Below are positions 12,454 through 24,905 of a DNA stretch of 64,000 nucleotides, in pieces; within the stretch, counting starts at the first letter, position 1, and the number at the start of each line of letters is the position of its first letter. The position numbers were made by a program, and so were the translations under genes. The DNA is taken from NCBI RefSeq assembly GCF_009914755.1, contig NC_060939.1, one strand, 5' to 3'. Source of the DNA: the human T2T-CHM13v2.0 reference genome, Homo sapiens. Under the pieces are notes generated by a model. That model had not been told where the DNA came from. It searched no databases and worked only from the letters and a program-made list of their open reading frames with translations.

Positions 12454-14399
12454 TATTTAATTTTTTAAAAAGGAAATGAAGATGAAGTGGTTTTAACAGA
12501 CCTGCTTCTATTTAAATGGATTTCCAACTACCTCCCTCCCTGGGCAGCGTTTCCCGCAGCCGGCCTCACATACGAATCTCAGTGGAGTATTTGGTCGACC
12601 GCATTGTACTAGGAATCTCTGGATGCTAGAGTTTACGGTGTGATCATTTTGGGGTTCCTGGCTCCTGCCTGTCCCCCACGGCTGGCCAGCAAGCCTCATG
12701 GCCTGGTTGAAGGAGCAGAAGCCTCGCTGTCAGACAGACCTGCGTTCCTGTACTGGTTCAGCTGTGGAGCCCGGGCAGGGAGCCTCGCCTGGTCTGTTTA
12801 TCCGTGTCTAAGTTGGGGATGGGCATGCTTATCTGGGAGGCTGGCATGCTGATAAATTAAATGCCATTGTATAGGCGCAGCTCCGGCAGGCCCCAGGCAC
12901 CTCGTGCACTTTATAACGCTGGCCTTGGCACGGAAGGGGCTCAAAGCTGCCTGAAGCCTGAAATTCCCTCAGAAGGATTATTCCTGGTTTCATAACTGCC
13001 TATCAGGAAGCTGCTCCTACAATGGTGTTTTATCATTCTTCCTCCCATCTCGCCAGCCAGGCCTATTCATAACCCCAGAGGATTCCTCTGCAGTGACTCA
13101 CCCACCATGCTCCTCTCCCTAGGAGACTTCATCCTCACGCTACCTGAATCACCTGCTGGTATCGTGGCCTGGGCTCACCTGGTGGCCTGGCTCTCACCTT
13201 GGCCGGCCCTGCCCAGGTGCCTGCCGGTGCCGCCAGCCCAGGCACGATAGGATTCTGCCAGCTGGAGAGGCAGACGGAAGCCAAAGAGGGCTAGGAAAAA
13301 CCGAGTCCCAACATGAGGCCAAGGTTGGCAATTATCTATCTAGATGGACACTTCAGCCCAAACCACAGTGGGCAGCTCAGGGAAGGGCTGGCATGACTTG
13401 AAATGAAATGACATCTAAGGCTCTCTCCTGGCTGGCAGATCCACTGGGATGTTCCTTCAGCCAACAGGGTACCAGGCAGTGGTCAGGGAATGGGATTTGA
13501 GGCCAGGTCTACCCAGGCCCCCTGGGAGCACGTGCAGGTGATTCTGAGGTCCCAATGGCGCTACCCTTTCAACAATCCGTGAGGTCCCTAGCAGGCTGTA
13601 TGGAGAAAGGCCCCCAGTGAGGCCTCCTCTCTCTTCAGAGGGCAAGGCTGGCTGCTAGGACAGCTACAGAGAGAAGGGCTCTGTTGGCCTTGCAGGCAGC
13701 TCGCCTCACTAGCTAAGCATCACTTGGCCAGGCTGTGTGGCACTCATTTCAGGTGGGAGATCGTGTCTGGTGTCCCCTGCTTCCCTTTGCACCATCCCTT
13801 CCAGCCTCGAGGCTTCAGCCTAGAGACCCTCAATGGCTTTCCTCTTTCCTCCCACAAAATGCTCTGAAAAAGGCAGCAAGAAAAGCCCCTGCCTGGTAGG
13901 AAGGAGGTGGCAGGCATGAGGGGGAATCAGCATTTTAAGCCTTGTCTTTTCTGCACAACACTTAGCTTCCCTCCCTGCACAAGACGTAGGGCCTGTCCCA
14001 GGGAGAGAGTTCCCTGGCATCTGCCCCAGGGTCAGAGGCTGGGGAGTGTCCTCTGGGCTCACCTCGGTACTCCTCAGACCCGGCGTCTGACCAGCCATGC
14101 TCCCGCGGGCACGGCCATTCAGCTTCTTCCACCTCTCTGTCTTCCTGCTTTAAAGAACCATGTTTAAACATTCAGGTGAATTTAAATTGATATTATCTCA
14201 AGAACTTCACATGACCCTTGAGAGGACTTGAGGGGTGTTGCAAAAATGGAATCTAGTTGCTGCCACCCTGGGAACCACGGGAGCAGCCCCGGGAGACAGA
14301 CCCCTCCCGGCAGGCCCTCGCCATGGGGATGCTGGGGGTGGCAGGGTCTGCCTTCCTTGTGTTCTTTATCTTAACAGAAAAACGTGGAAGAAAGGACAC

Positions 14400-14790
14400 T
14401 AAAGTTTGCCAGGCACCTACTCAACATGTTTAAGTGACTGGCCCATTTACATCTTTCAATGTCCCTCCCAGCAGGTATAATAACCACGGCCAACAACAAC
14501 TGGCAAGAGTGAAGTGCTTGCTGTGAGCAAAGCCCTGTTTTAAGCCCTGCGTGAAATCAGTTGCTCGCTCCTCTGAACAAACACATGGCAGGTTCTTCAG
14601 TGCTCTTCAGTTTACAGGAGCGTTAGGTGACACACTCTGACACAGGGGAGGTGGCAGTGCTGGAATTCGGCCCCCGGCCATCTGGCTCTGTCTGAGCGCT
14701 CGACCCCTTCATAGCTCTCTCGTCAAGTGGCTGAGTCAGGATTTGAACCCAGATCTTGCTGAGGTTTTAAATTCTGTCACGCTGCCTCTC
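14400..14790 (-). mobile_element. MIR fragments
   Basis: GCCAGGCACCTAC, CAGTTTACAG, GAGTCAGGATTTGAACCCAGATCT. Confidence 0.6.
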
Positions 14791-16019
14791 AGGAATAAGG
14801 AACATTGTCTTTCTATTGTCCTCCCAGCCTCTGCTGGAGAAGTGACAGGTCCCAGCTCAGAACATCAGGTTCTGGGGGTGCGAATGAATGGCAGGTGGAA
14901 AGGGACCGGAGGAGGGGCAGGACTTAGTGGGGAAGGGGCTTCTATGCTTGTGCTGCCCCCTGGCCCACGGCAAGACCCCTAGCTTTTACTGTGCTTGTTA
15001 ACTCAGAGGCTCCTGGAAGGATCAGTTGCCCTGATGCTGAGAAATGGGCTGGGCAAGGCAGGGGCAGGTCCCCAAACAGCTTCGCATACCACAGGCATGG
15101 GCGAGAGGCCACTGAACTTCTCTATGAAGCTGCAGCCAAGCAGGTGGCTCCGTGTCCCCTCTTCTTCCCCATCACCCCTCCCTTGACCGTCAGTGTGAGA
15201 GTTTGTTGAGGCGCCCGTCTCCCAACCAGCCCAGAAGACAGAAGGCCTGGTTCGATCTCACATGCTGGCACAGAGCCCAGCAATCAGTAAATGTTTGTTG
15301 AAAGAATTAATGAAACTTGAGTGTTTACCAGACAGAGGCCATTGACCCCTGGTTGGAGGCCCATCAATCTGACCTTCTGTCTTCGAGTGGGGACCTGGTT
15401 AATTATTCTCAGGAGACCCAGTGGCCCTTGGCACTGAATCCCTGGCTTCTTGACTGTCAATGACAGGGCTGGCCTGGCCTGTGGCCACTGGCCTTAGGAG
15501 CAGGAGGCCGAGCAGCCAGGGCTGCTTTCCCATCGCTGTCTCAGCTGCTCCCGCTGGCCTTCTGCTCAGGCTGGTGTCTCCTTGGCCGGCTCCCTGCTTC
15601 TCAGCTCATGCCTCCAGCCTTCTGGACTCTAGGATCACATGTGGCTGCCCACCTCGGACAGGGTTGACTAGAGGTGAAGAGGTGCCATGCACTCCAGGAG
15701 AAGAGCTGACTGGATCCTATACTCAAAGAATGGGCCACGGATCCCTACCTGTCCACTGTTTGTTACTGGGCTGGGAAGCTGCAAGACCCGATGCTGGGGG
15801 TAAGAGTCTAGAAACATTTGAGCACTTTGACACTGACACGATGCCCAACAGGGATCCATAGACTTGACTTTCTGAGCCACTCGGGCAGAGATCAGTTCAG
15901 TAAGGACGTTCACCTCAGATGGCAGGGTAGGCACTGGGTTAGAAGAGGAGGCCTCAGAAATGCATTTTCCCTGAAGGTCTCTTCTGCCCCTTCCTCGATG
16001 AAATCCCATATTGAGGCGG

Positions 16020-16165
16020 TTCCAGGTTCTTATTCCAGCTCCGTCACCTGCTAGCCATGTGGCCTTGAGTGAGTTCCTGAGTGCTTTGGTTTCCCAACTG
16101 CTGGCTATCCTGAGAGTTAATTGAATTAACATAGAACCAGGCCTGGACAATAGTAAGCTGTGTAC
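16020..16165 (+). mobile_element. MIR fragment
   Basis: CCAGCTCCGTCACCTGCTAGCCATGTGGCCTTGAG...TGGTTTCCC...CCTGGACAATAGTAAG. Confidence 0.65.
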
Positions 16166-16734
16166 TAGTGTCTGTTCTTGTCATTCAGGAGCATGTCCAG
16201 CTCTGTCCCAGGCACTCAGAGGCACAAACTCTACTTGAGACGCAGGCCTTCACGTTGCCCTTTGGGAAGCAGGACGTGTATGCATTGGGACAGTGCTGTA
16301 GAGCAGGACCCAGCAGAGGAGGTGCTGCAGAAGGACGCATGGTTTGTGAGCCAGCATCCTTCTCTGTGACTCCTCAGAGGGGCCGAGAGAGAGAGATGGG
16401 CATCGGAGATGGATCAAGTTGGGAGTGTGCAACACAGTGTTGAAACTGGAGTAAATATGGTTTTTGAAGGGGACTAGAGGGAATTGGTCTCTTTGATGTG
16501 TGTGTTTCTATTAAGGAGCCTGGAAAAATATCAGATAGGGCCCAACTATGGAATTATAAATGCCAGGACTTTAGATCCCATAAGCAATGGGGTCAGGTGG
16601 AGGGCATATATGGTTTCAGTGACGTGAGCACAATGGTGATTAGGCAAATCATTAGCGGGTGAATTAGTGCTTAGCACGTAGTATGTGAATGAGCGAGTGA
16701 ATGAATGAATGAATGAGTGAACTGATGCATTCAT

Positions 16735-17170
16735 CAGAGCTCTTTGAGTTGTGAGTAAAATAATCCCTACTCAAACTGGTTTAAATAAAAATAAAGGTGG
16801 GGGGATTATTGGCCCCCATAACTGAAAGGTGCAGAAATAAGTGGATTTAGTGGCTCAAATAATGTCATCAAGACCCCCTCCCTCCCAGCTGGAGAGCGTC
16901 ACATTTCCAGTAACTCCCAAGTCCTAAAATTTGGTCTTTTTGGCCTGGCTTGGGTCCTGTTCCCAAGGAAATGGAATAGGTTGTTTGGCTATACTTGAGT
17001 TGTCTTCCTGCTGTCAAGTAGCTGGGGGTACGGTCACCTTGGGCTAAGACAGGTGGAGAGTGGAGGAAGGTGAGTTGTCCATGGGGAAACCAGGAGCTAT
17101 TGACAGGGGAGGAGGTGTTCTGGGAAAGCATGGATGCCAGCTCTGCATTGCAATGGGCACGCAGCTGGAG
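16735..17170. mobile_element. Old MLT1-type LTR fragment, preceded by an L2 (TGAA)n tail
   Basis: TCAGAGCTCTTTGAGTTG...CCTACTCAAACTGGTTTAA; a similar start occurs at ~2080-2130. Confidence 0.5.
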
Positions 17171-17429
17171 GCCACAAGGCCAGAGAGGTGCTGAAGGCTT
17201 GGATGAGCTTGGAGCTGGGGATGACAGCTTACTGAGCCACAAGGACTTTCCTGTCAAGTTATCTTGTAAAAGGCCAAAAGGTTTGAGATCAGACTGACCC
17301 AGGTTTTAGGGGTGGAGCCTCAAGGGTATCTTCTTGGTGGCAGGCCTGAAAGAAGGACTGGAGAAGGCTCAAGAATAAATGTGTGTACTTGTTTCATTGA
17401 GCTTTCCCCAGAGGGAAGAGGGAATGGAC

Positions 17430-18340
17430 TAACAGCTCCATTTTGGTCCTGTTCCATGACAGACACCTCCTAGACTGCCAAGTGAGAGTGCCAAGGGGGC
17501 AGCTAGAATAAGAGTACGGGTGGTGAGGCAAGGTCTGGAGACATCCTGTTGGCATCCTCAGAGTACAGAAGGTATGTAAAAGCCATGAGGCTGAATGCGA
17601 TCCTCTGAAAAGAGAGATGAGGAGGAGAAGGGACCCAGGGCCAAGGCAGCGCGCTGCAGTGTTGAACGTTGGTCAGACAGGGCGAGGCATGGGTGGAAAG
17701 TGCAGTTGCAGGAAGCTGAGTGGGTGACAGGCCTAGGAAGTCGGGAGGGGAAGGTATTAAAAAAGGAGGAGTGGACGGACGACTGTGACCAACGCCGATA
17801 GGGAGAAAAAAGTGTCTACTGGATTTGTGAACAAGGAAACATTGGTGGCCCTAATAAGGGAGCTTCCACGGAGCTAGGGGACAATAGTCAGGCTGGAGAG
17901 AGTTGAAGAGGTATGGATCGTGGAGGTGGGGAAATGGAGGCAGCGTGTAGACAGCCATTTTGGAGACCCTCTGTCGTGAAGGAGGGCAGAGAATGAGATG
18001 AAGAAATGGGGCGGAGGGTGTGGTTTTTTCAGGTAGAAGGTGCTGGAATCTGCATGTCCAAGGATGATCCAGTGTACAGGCTGAAGGCTATGGTGAGAGA
18101 GGGGAAGGGCCAGAGGGGCAGGCGCAGGATGCCACGAGATGAGGGCTGGGGTAGGAGAGCAGGTCACAGTTCCCAGGACTCAGACGTGCTTCCATGGGAT
18201 GCAGGAAGTGAAGGGAGGTCCCTTCACTTCTAGTGTTTCACGCAGGAACCAGGAGGTGAGGGCAGCCCTGTGGGTGGACCAGGGGAGGAGACAGCATGAG
18301 ATGGCCTCAGAGAGCAGAAAAGTCAACTCCAAGGAAGGGA
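17430..18340 (-). mobile_element. L2 (RT region) fragment
   Basis: Reverse complement near 17560 reads ...CATGGCTTTTACATACCTTCTGTACTCTGAGGAT (decayed YADD motif); GGAGGCAGCGTGTAGACAGC. Confidence 0.8.
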
Positions 18341-18481
18341 TTCGGGACCCTGAGCAATGCTGAGTGCCCCTGAGTCATGTTCTAATGGATGGAGGCAGAA
18401 CCAGTCGTCCTGGTTGGGAGATTTTCTCTGGCAACAACAGCTATGTGGAGAAGGCAAATGGCTGCGTCCATTCAAGATTAG

Positions 18482-20113
18482 GGTCAGTCATGGGGGTATA
18501 GTACTCACAGTGCCAGGGTGGGCAGGTCAGTCATGGGGGTATAGTACTCACAGTGCCAGGGTGGGCAGGTCAGTCATGGGGGTATAGTACTCACAGTGCC
18601 AGGGTGGGCAGGTCAGTCATGGGGGTGTAGTACTCACAGTGCCAGGGTGGGCAGGTCAGTCATGGGGGTGTAGTACTCACAGTGCCAGGGTGGGCAGGTC
18701 AGTCATGGGGGTATAGTACTCACAGTGCCAGGGTGGGCAGGTCAGTCATGGGGGTGTAGTACTCACAGTGCCAGGGTGGGCAGGTCAGTCATGGGGGTGT
18801 AGTAATCACAGTGCCAGGGTGGGCAGGTCAGTCATGGGGGTGTAGTACTCACAGTGCCAGGGTGGGCAGGTCAGTCATGGGGGTATAGTACTCACAGTGC
18901 CAGGGTGGGCAGGTCAGTCATGGGGGTATAGTACTCACAGTGCCAGGGTGGGCAGGTCAGTCATGGGGGTATAGTACTCACAGTGCCAGGGTGGGCAGGT
19001 CAGTCATGGGGGTATAGTACTCACAGTGCCAGGGTGGGCAGGTCAGTCATGGGGGTGTAGTACTCACAGTGCCAGGGTGGGCAGGTCAGTCATGGGGGTG
19101 TAGTACTCACAGTGCCAGGGTGGGCAGGTCAGTCATGGGGGTATAGTACTCACAGTGCCAGGGTGGGCAGGTCAGTCATGGGGGTATAGTACTCACAGTG
19201 CCAGGGTGGGCAGGTCAGTCATGGGGGTATAGTACTCACAGTGCCAGGGTGGGCAGGTCAGTCATGGGGGTGTAGTACTCACAGTGCCAGGGTGGGCAGG
19301 TCAGTCATGGGGGTATAGTACTCACAGTGCCAGGGTGGGCAGGTCAGTCATGGGGGTGTAGTACTCACAGTGCCAGGGTGGGCAGGTCAGTCATGGGGGT
19401 ATAGTACTCACAGTGCCAGGGTGGGCAGGTCAGTCATGGGGGTATAGTACTCACAGTGCCAGGGTGGGCAGGTCAGTCATGGGGGTATAGTACTCACAGT
19501 GCCAGGGTGGGCAGGTCAGTCATGGGGGTATAGTACTCACAGTGCCAGGGTGGGCAGGTCAGTCATGGGGGTGTAGTACTCACAGTGCCAGGGTGGGCAG
19601 GTCAGTCATGGGGGTGTAGTACTCACAGTGCCAGGGTGGGCAGGTCAGTCATGGGGGTGTAGTACTCACAGTGCCAGGGTGGGCAGGTCAGTCATGGGGG
19701 TGTAGTACTCACAGTGCCAGGGTGGGCAGGTCAGTCATGGGGGTATAGTACTCACAGTGCCAGGGTGGGCAGGTCAGTCATGGGGGTGTAGTACTCACAG
19801 TGCCAGGGTGGGCAGGTCAGTCATGGGGGTGTAGTACTCACAGTGCCAGGGTGGGCAGGTCAGTCATGGGGGTGTAGTACTCACAGTGCCAGGGTGGGCA
19901 GGTCAGTCATGGGGGTGTAGTACTCACAGTGCCAGGGTGGGCAGGTCAGTCATGGGGGTGTAGTACTCACAGTGCCAGGGTGGGCAGGTCAGTCATGGGG
20001 GTGTAGTACTCACAGTGCCAGGGTGGGCAGGTCAGTCATGGGGGTGTAGTACTCACAGTGCCAGGGTGGGCAGGTCAGTCATGGGGGTGTAGTACTCACA
20101 GTGCCAGGGTGGG
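18482..20113. repeat. Minisatellite/VNTR, 43-bp unit GGTCAGTCATGGGGGT[A/G]TAGTACTCACAGTGCCAGGGTGGGCA, 38 copies
   Basis: Exact 43-bp period from 18482 to the last unit at 20073; one dimorphic A/G site and a single C>A change in unit 8. Confidence 0.99.
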
Positions 20114-20918
20114 GAGGGAGGTAAGGGTTACGATGATGGAGGAGGGTGTAAAGAAAGGGAGGGAGAAGGTGCTGAGGGTGGGGATGGGAGGACTGGGGAG
20201 AAAGTGGATTGCAGCCATGGGGACATTGAGTGGGTGAGCTGGGAGGACCCTGTGTGGCAGCCACAGAGGGGATACTGGAGATGGAGACCTTGGATGTGGG
20301 GAAGCTACTGGCAACAGCAGGGTGAGACCATGGGAGTGTTGGGGGCGGGGAGGAGGAGGACAGCTCAGGCGCTGGGGAGGTCAGGACCTGGCTCGCCATT
20401 GAGAGAGACAGTCTGCCATGTGGTGACAAGAGACGAAGCCAATGAGCAGCTCAAGTCTGCCCCGAAATGAAGGTTGATGGACCACAGCAGCGGGGAGAGG
20501 AAGCCAGTGGCCAGGAGGAATAGAGAGGTGTAGAAGCAGCCGTGGGACACTCCCAGCTTCCAACCCACCCCCAACTTTCTTACACCAGCAACCCTTCCCC
20601 TCCTTGAGAGGCTGCAGGGGAAGTGGGGCCCTCAGGGGAGGGGGCAGCCAGGTTCCCGCACAAGGAAGATTTAGAGAAGAGGTGGAGGAGATAGGAGAGT
20701 TCCAGAGAGCCTGGTGACGGGTTTGGGGTGGGGAGGGAATGAATGGGGAGTCAGGTCACATTAAGGAACAAATGAATGAGCTGCCAGTGAATGAACCGCA
20801 GCAGTGCCACGCTGGTTAACTGGGAAGAGGAAATGTCAGTGCTGTCATGCTGTACGCATTCCACACCATTGTTCATTGTTGCTATGCTGGTGCCAGCAGG
20901 GCGGTGGGCAGATGGGTC

Positions 20919-20919
<1 letters not shown>

Positions 20920-20955
<36 letters not shown>
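20920..20955. repeat. (TG)18 microsatellite
   Basis: Perfect TG run. Confidence 0.97.
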
Positions 20956-20956
<1 letters not shown>

Positions 20957-22554
20957 CGTGATGTGCCTCACCGGTGTACATTTCAGTTCTTGGTAATCCT
21001 GTTTTGAGTCTCACAGAATCTATTTCCTCAAGCCGTTTGTATCCTTATTTATGTAAGTGACTAATTCTTTCATGGGTAGAGCCAAGCTTTCTGTCTCAGT
21101 TACATAGAGATACTGAGACAAATTACTCATGAACATTCCAGAAAAGATGAGTATCTACAAATTATTGAGACAGTTTCAATATGTAAATAGTATTGTTGAA
21201 TACGATTTCTCACAGTTATCCAAGTTAGATTGGATACGGTAAGTGGGTAATTCCAAGCTAGTTATCCCCTTTACACATGGCATAGTGCCCCATCGTTGGG
21301 TCTTCCCAGCCTGCCATGTCCACGTGGCCGGGATGCTCCCAGGAGCTGCTGGGGAAAGGAGGGCGGGCTGCAGGCTGTGTCTTGAAGGCTGAGAATTTAA
21401 CGCCGCTGCCCTCGATGTGCCATAGCTTGTTGGTAGAGCAGTGTCCATTTGAAGGGAGGTAGCTCCTGAATTTACTTTATTTTTGCAATACCCTTCTGAG
21501 GAGCTAATTGGCCCTAATAAACCTTGCAGAACATAAGCCCTGCCCAAATGGGGAGAACCACCTGCTGTCAAGAGTCAGCCAGCTGCAGTATCAGCCCCTG
21601 AAGAGGACGAGCTAGCAGTGCTGATGTCAGGGAACTTTCCACTCCTCAAACCGACAGGAACAGGACCGTGAGCACAAAACGTGAACACGGACCAGAACGA
21701 GTTGGCATGCAGGACTAGGTTGCCTTGACGACTCTGAGTTCTGACAGGGAAATACAATGAGTTTTATGTGGACAGAGTTCCACGGTCTATTGCAAAATCA
21801 ATGTGCTGTTTGAATGAATCATCACTTCCAACCATTGGTCATTGGTGTCTGAATCTTGATTGCAGATGAAGCACTGAGTCATGACTGTAAAATGCCACAG
21901 TATTTATGAAAACCAAGAAGGTTTTTTATTTATCCTGACTAGCTAAATCAAGGTAGGTCATCCTAATAATACTTGTCCACACAAGTGGCAACCCCTTGCC
22001 AAAGAAATGCAAACAGAAGCCTGGGATGTTTCCAGCTCTCCTTAACTTCCTTCCCCGACCTCCCTGACACCAGCCAATGGGTCCTTTAAGAAGTGTGAGA
22101 GAGCCAGTAGATGGTAGGCCCCCGCTTCAAACTCGCCATCTTGTCCCTTGATCCAGTGACTATACCTGGAATTTGGCCTCTAAGCGAGTGTTTCTTTTTG
22201 CACTTGGACTTCTTGAGAGATTACTCATTACTCAGGAGATAACACCAAAGCATTCTCAAAACCAATCTTTGGAACTGGCTTCCAGGATTATACATGCAGG
22301 ATTAGTCATACAGAAAATCCTTAAAGATAGCAAATTTGGGTCCTTTGAGAGTGTATTTGGTTTGTGAAAACAAAGCCATTGGTAACCAAGCCAAAAGCAA
22401 ACATGTGATTCTAACCCATGAATTCAGAATTTTTCAGGCAGCTGACCCTAAAGACACTTTTTTCAAACAGGTGACTCCTTTTCATTAATTCATTAATCAG
22501 TTGTTGAGATAGTGAAAGAAAAAAGAAACTGAAAGAAATCATCATTACCAGAAA

Positions 22555-22645
22555 TACTTGGGTTCAAATTCTAGCTCTAAAACTTCTTAGCTGTGTAACT
22601 TTGGGCAAGTCACTTAACCCGTCTGGGCCATATCTGAAAATTTTC
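22555..22645 (+). mobile_element. MIR core fragment
   Basis: TGGGTTCAAATTCTAGCTCT...AGCTGTGTAACTTTGGGCAAGTCACTTAACC. Confidence 0.85.
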
Positions 22646-22762
22646 CCTAAGGGAAAAAAAAAACTAAGGTTATTGCTCTTCCTTTTTGCTGCTTCTCCTC
22701 CTCTGAGTTGAGGCTCCTTTCCTGATGGAACATTGCCTTCATTCCCCTCTTCTCCCTCTACC

Positions 22763-22966
22763 CAGGGGTGTATTGGTAAATTGGAACTCTGGGGAAAAAA
22801 GTCACAAAGCCCTGATCTGTGGCTTTTGCCAATTTCTGTGGTGTACATACTTCCACCATGGCTGACTTTAATTTCCCAACAGTTAAACAACAGGTTCACG
22901 AAGTTCTTAAATATTTAACAGCTGGGCCCTGTGGACCATGGGTGCTGGCTGCAGCATGTCACACTG
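22763..22966. mobile_element. MER63-like hAT DNA transposon relic
   Basis: CAGGGGTGTATTGGTAAA...AAAGCCCTGATCTGTGG...CCACCATGGCTGA...CACACTG. Confidence 0.75.
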
Positions 22967-23783
22967 CCTCTACCCTCTCCCCTTTCTCCTTTTTACTTTC
23001 CTGAGAGCATGGTGGATGTCGTCTGATATAATTTCCATCCATGTCTCTGCTTTTTATATTTAACCAGCTTCCAAAAATAGTTTCCTTACTTCCATTAGTT
23101 CTTAACCAGGGAGTGTGCTGGAATTCAGGTGGTCTGGTCACTGCCTCTCATCTTCCCGAATTCTTCTTGGCCATATCACCAGCAGGAATTTTCAAAGGGG
23201 ACACAGCGCTCTTTGTTTTTTAAAGGGCTGTGCCAATTTGCCTTTGGGTTTCCTCATTCTATCAGAGTAGAGTGCTGATCTAGTACCTGTATAATTCTCC
23301 TTGGCAGAAGTGCTCAGGGCTTTTTTTTTTCTTTTCCTCATCTAATCGCATTCCACTTCTAACAGCCTGGATGAGTTGTGCAAACCCAAGAAATAAAGAA
23401 AAGAACAGGCAGTTCTGATATCGTCACAGGGCCACTTAATGACATGGGCATCAGAAGGAGAGAGTACCATCCACAGACATTCTCAAAGCAATGCGCCTGA
23501 CGCATCAGAAGATCCTCCTTGTGGGGCCAGACTTAGGCATCAAAAACATCCATGTATTATGATCTCACTCTTGTGAGAAGGACCTCTCAGCACCCAAAGG
23601 TCAATAGTGATATTTACTGGGCACCTACTATGTCACAGACTATTTCATTTCGGCTCCCCCATAGCCCTAGGCAGGTGGAATCATTATTCTTGTTTTCTAG
23701 TGAGGGTATGTCACATGCCCAGGATTGGCAAAAGAGTGGGGCAATTGTCCTGCTCATAAGTCTTGGTGGGAGTGTATAAGTTA

Positions 23784-24199
<416 letters not shown>

Positions 24200-24223
24200 T
24201 CAAATCCTAGTGACAGAAGAAAG

Positions 24224-24905
<682 letters not shown>

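Noticed and set aside
18482-20113. CRISPR-like regular array
   Set aside because: Head-to-tail identical units with no unique spacers, no cas genes, and a primate genomic context.
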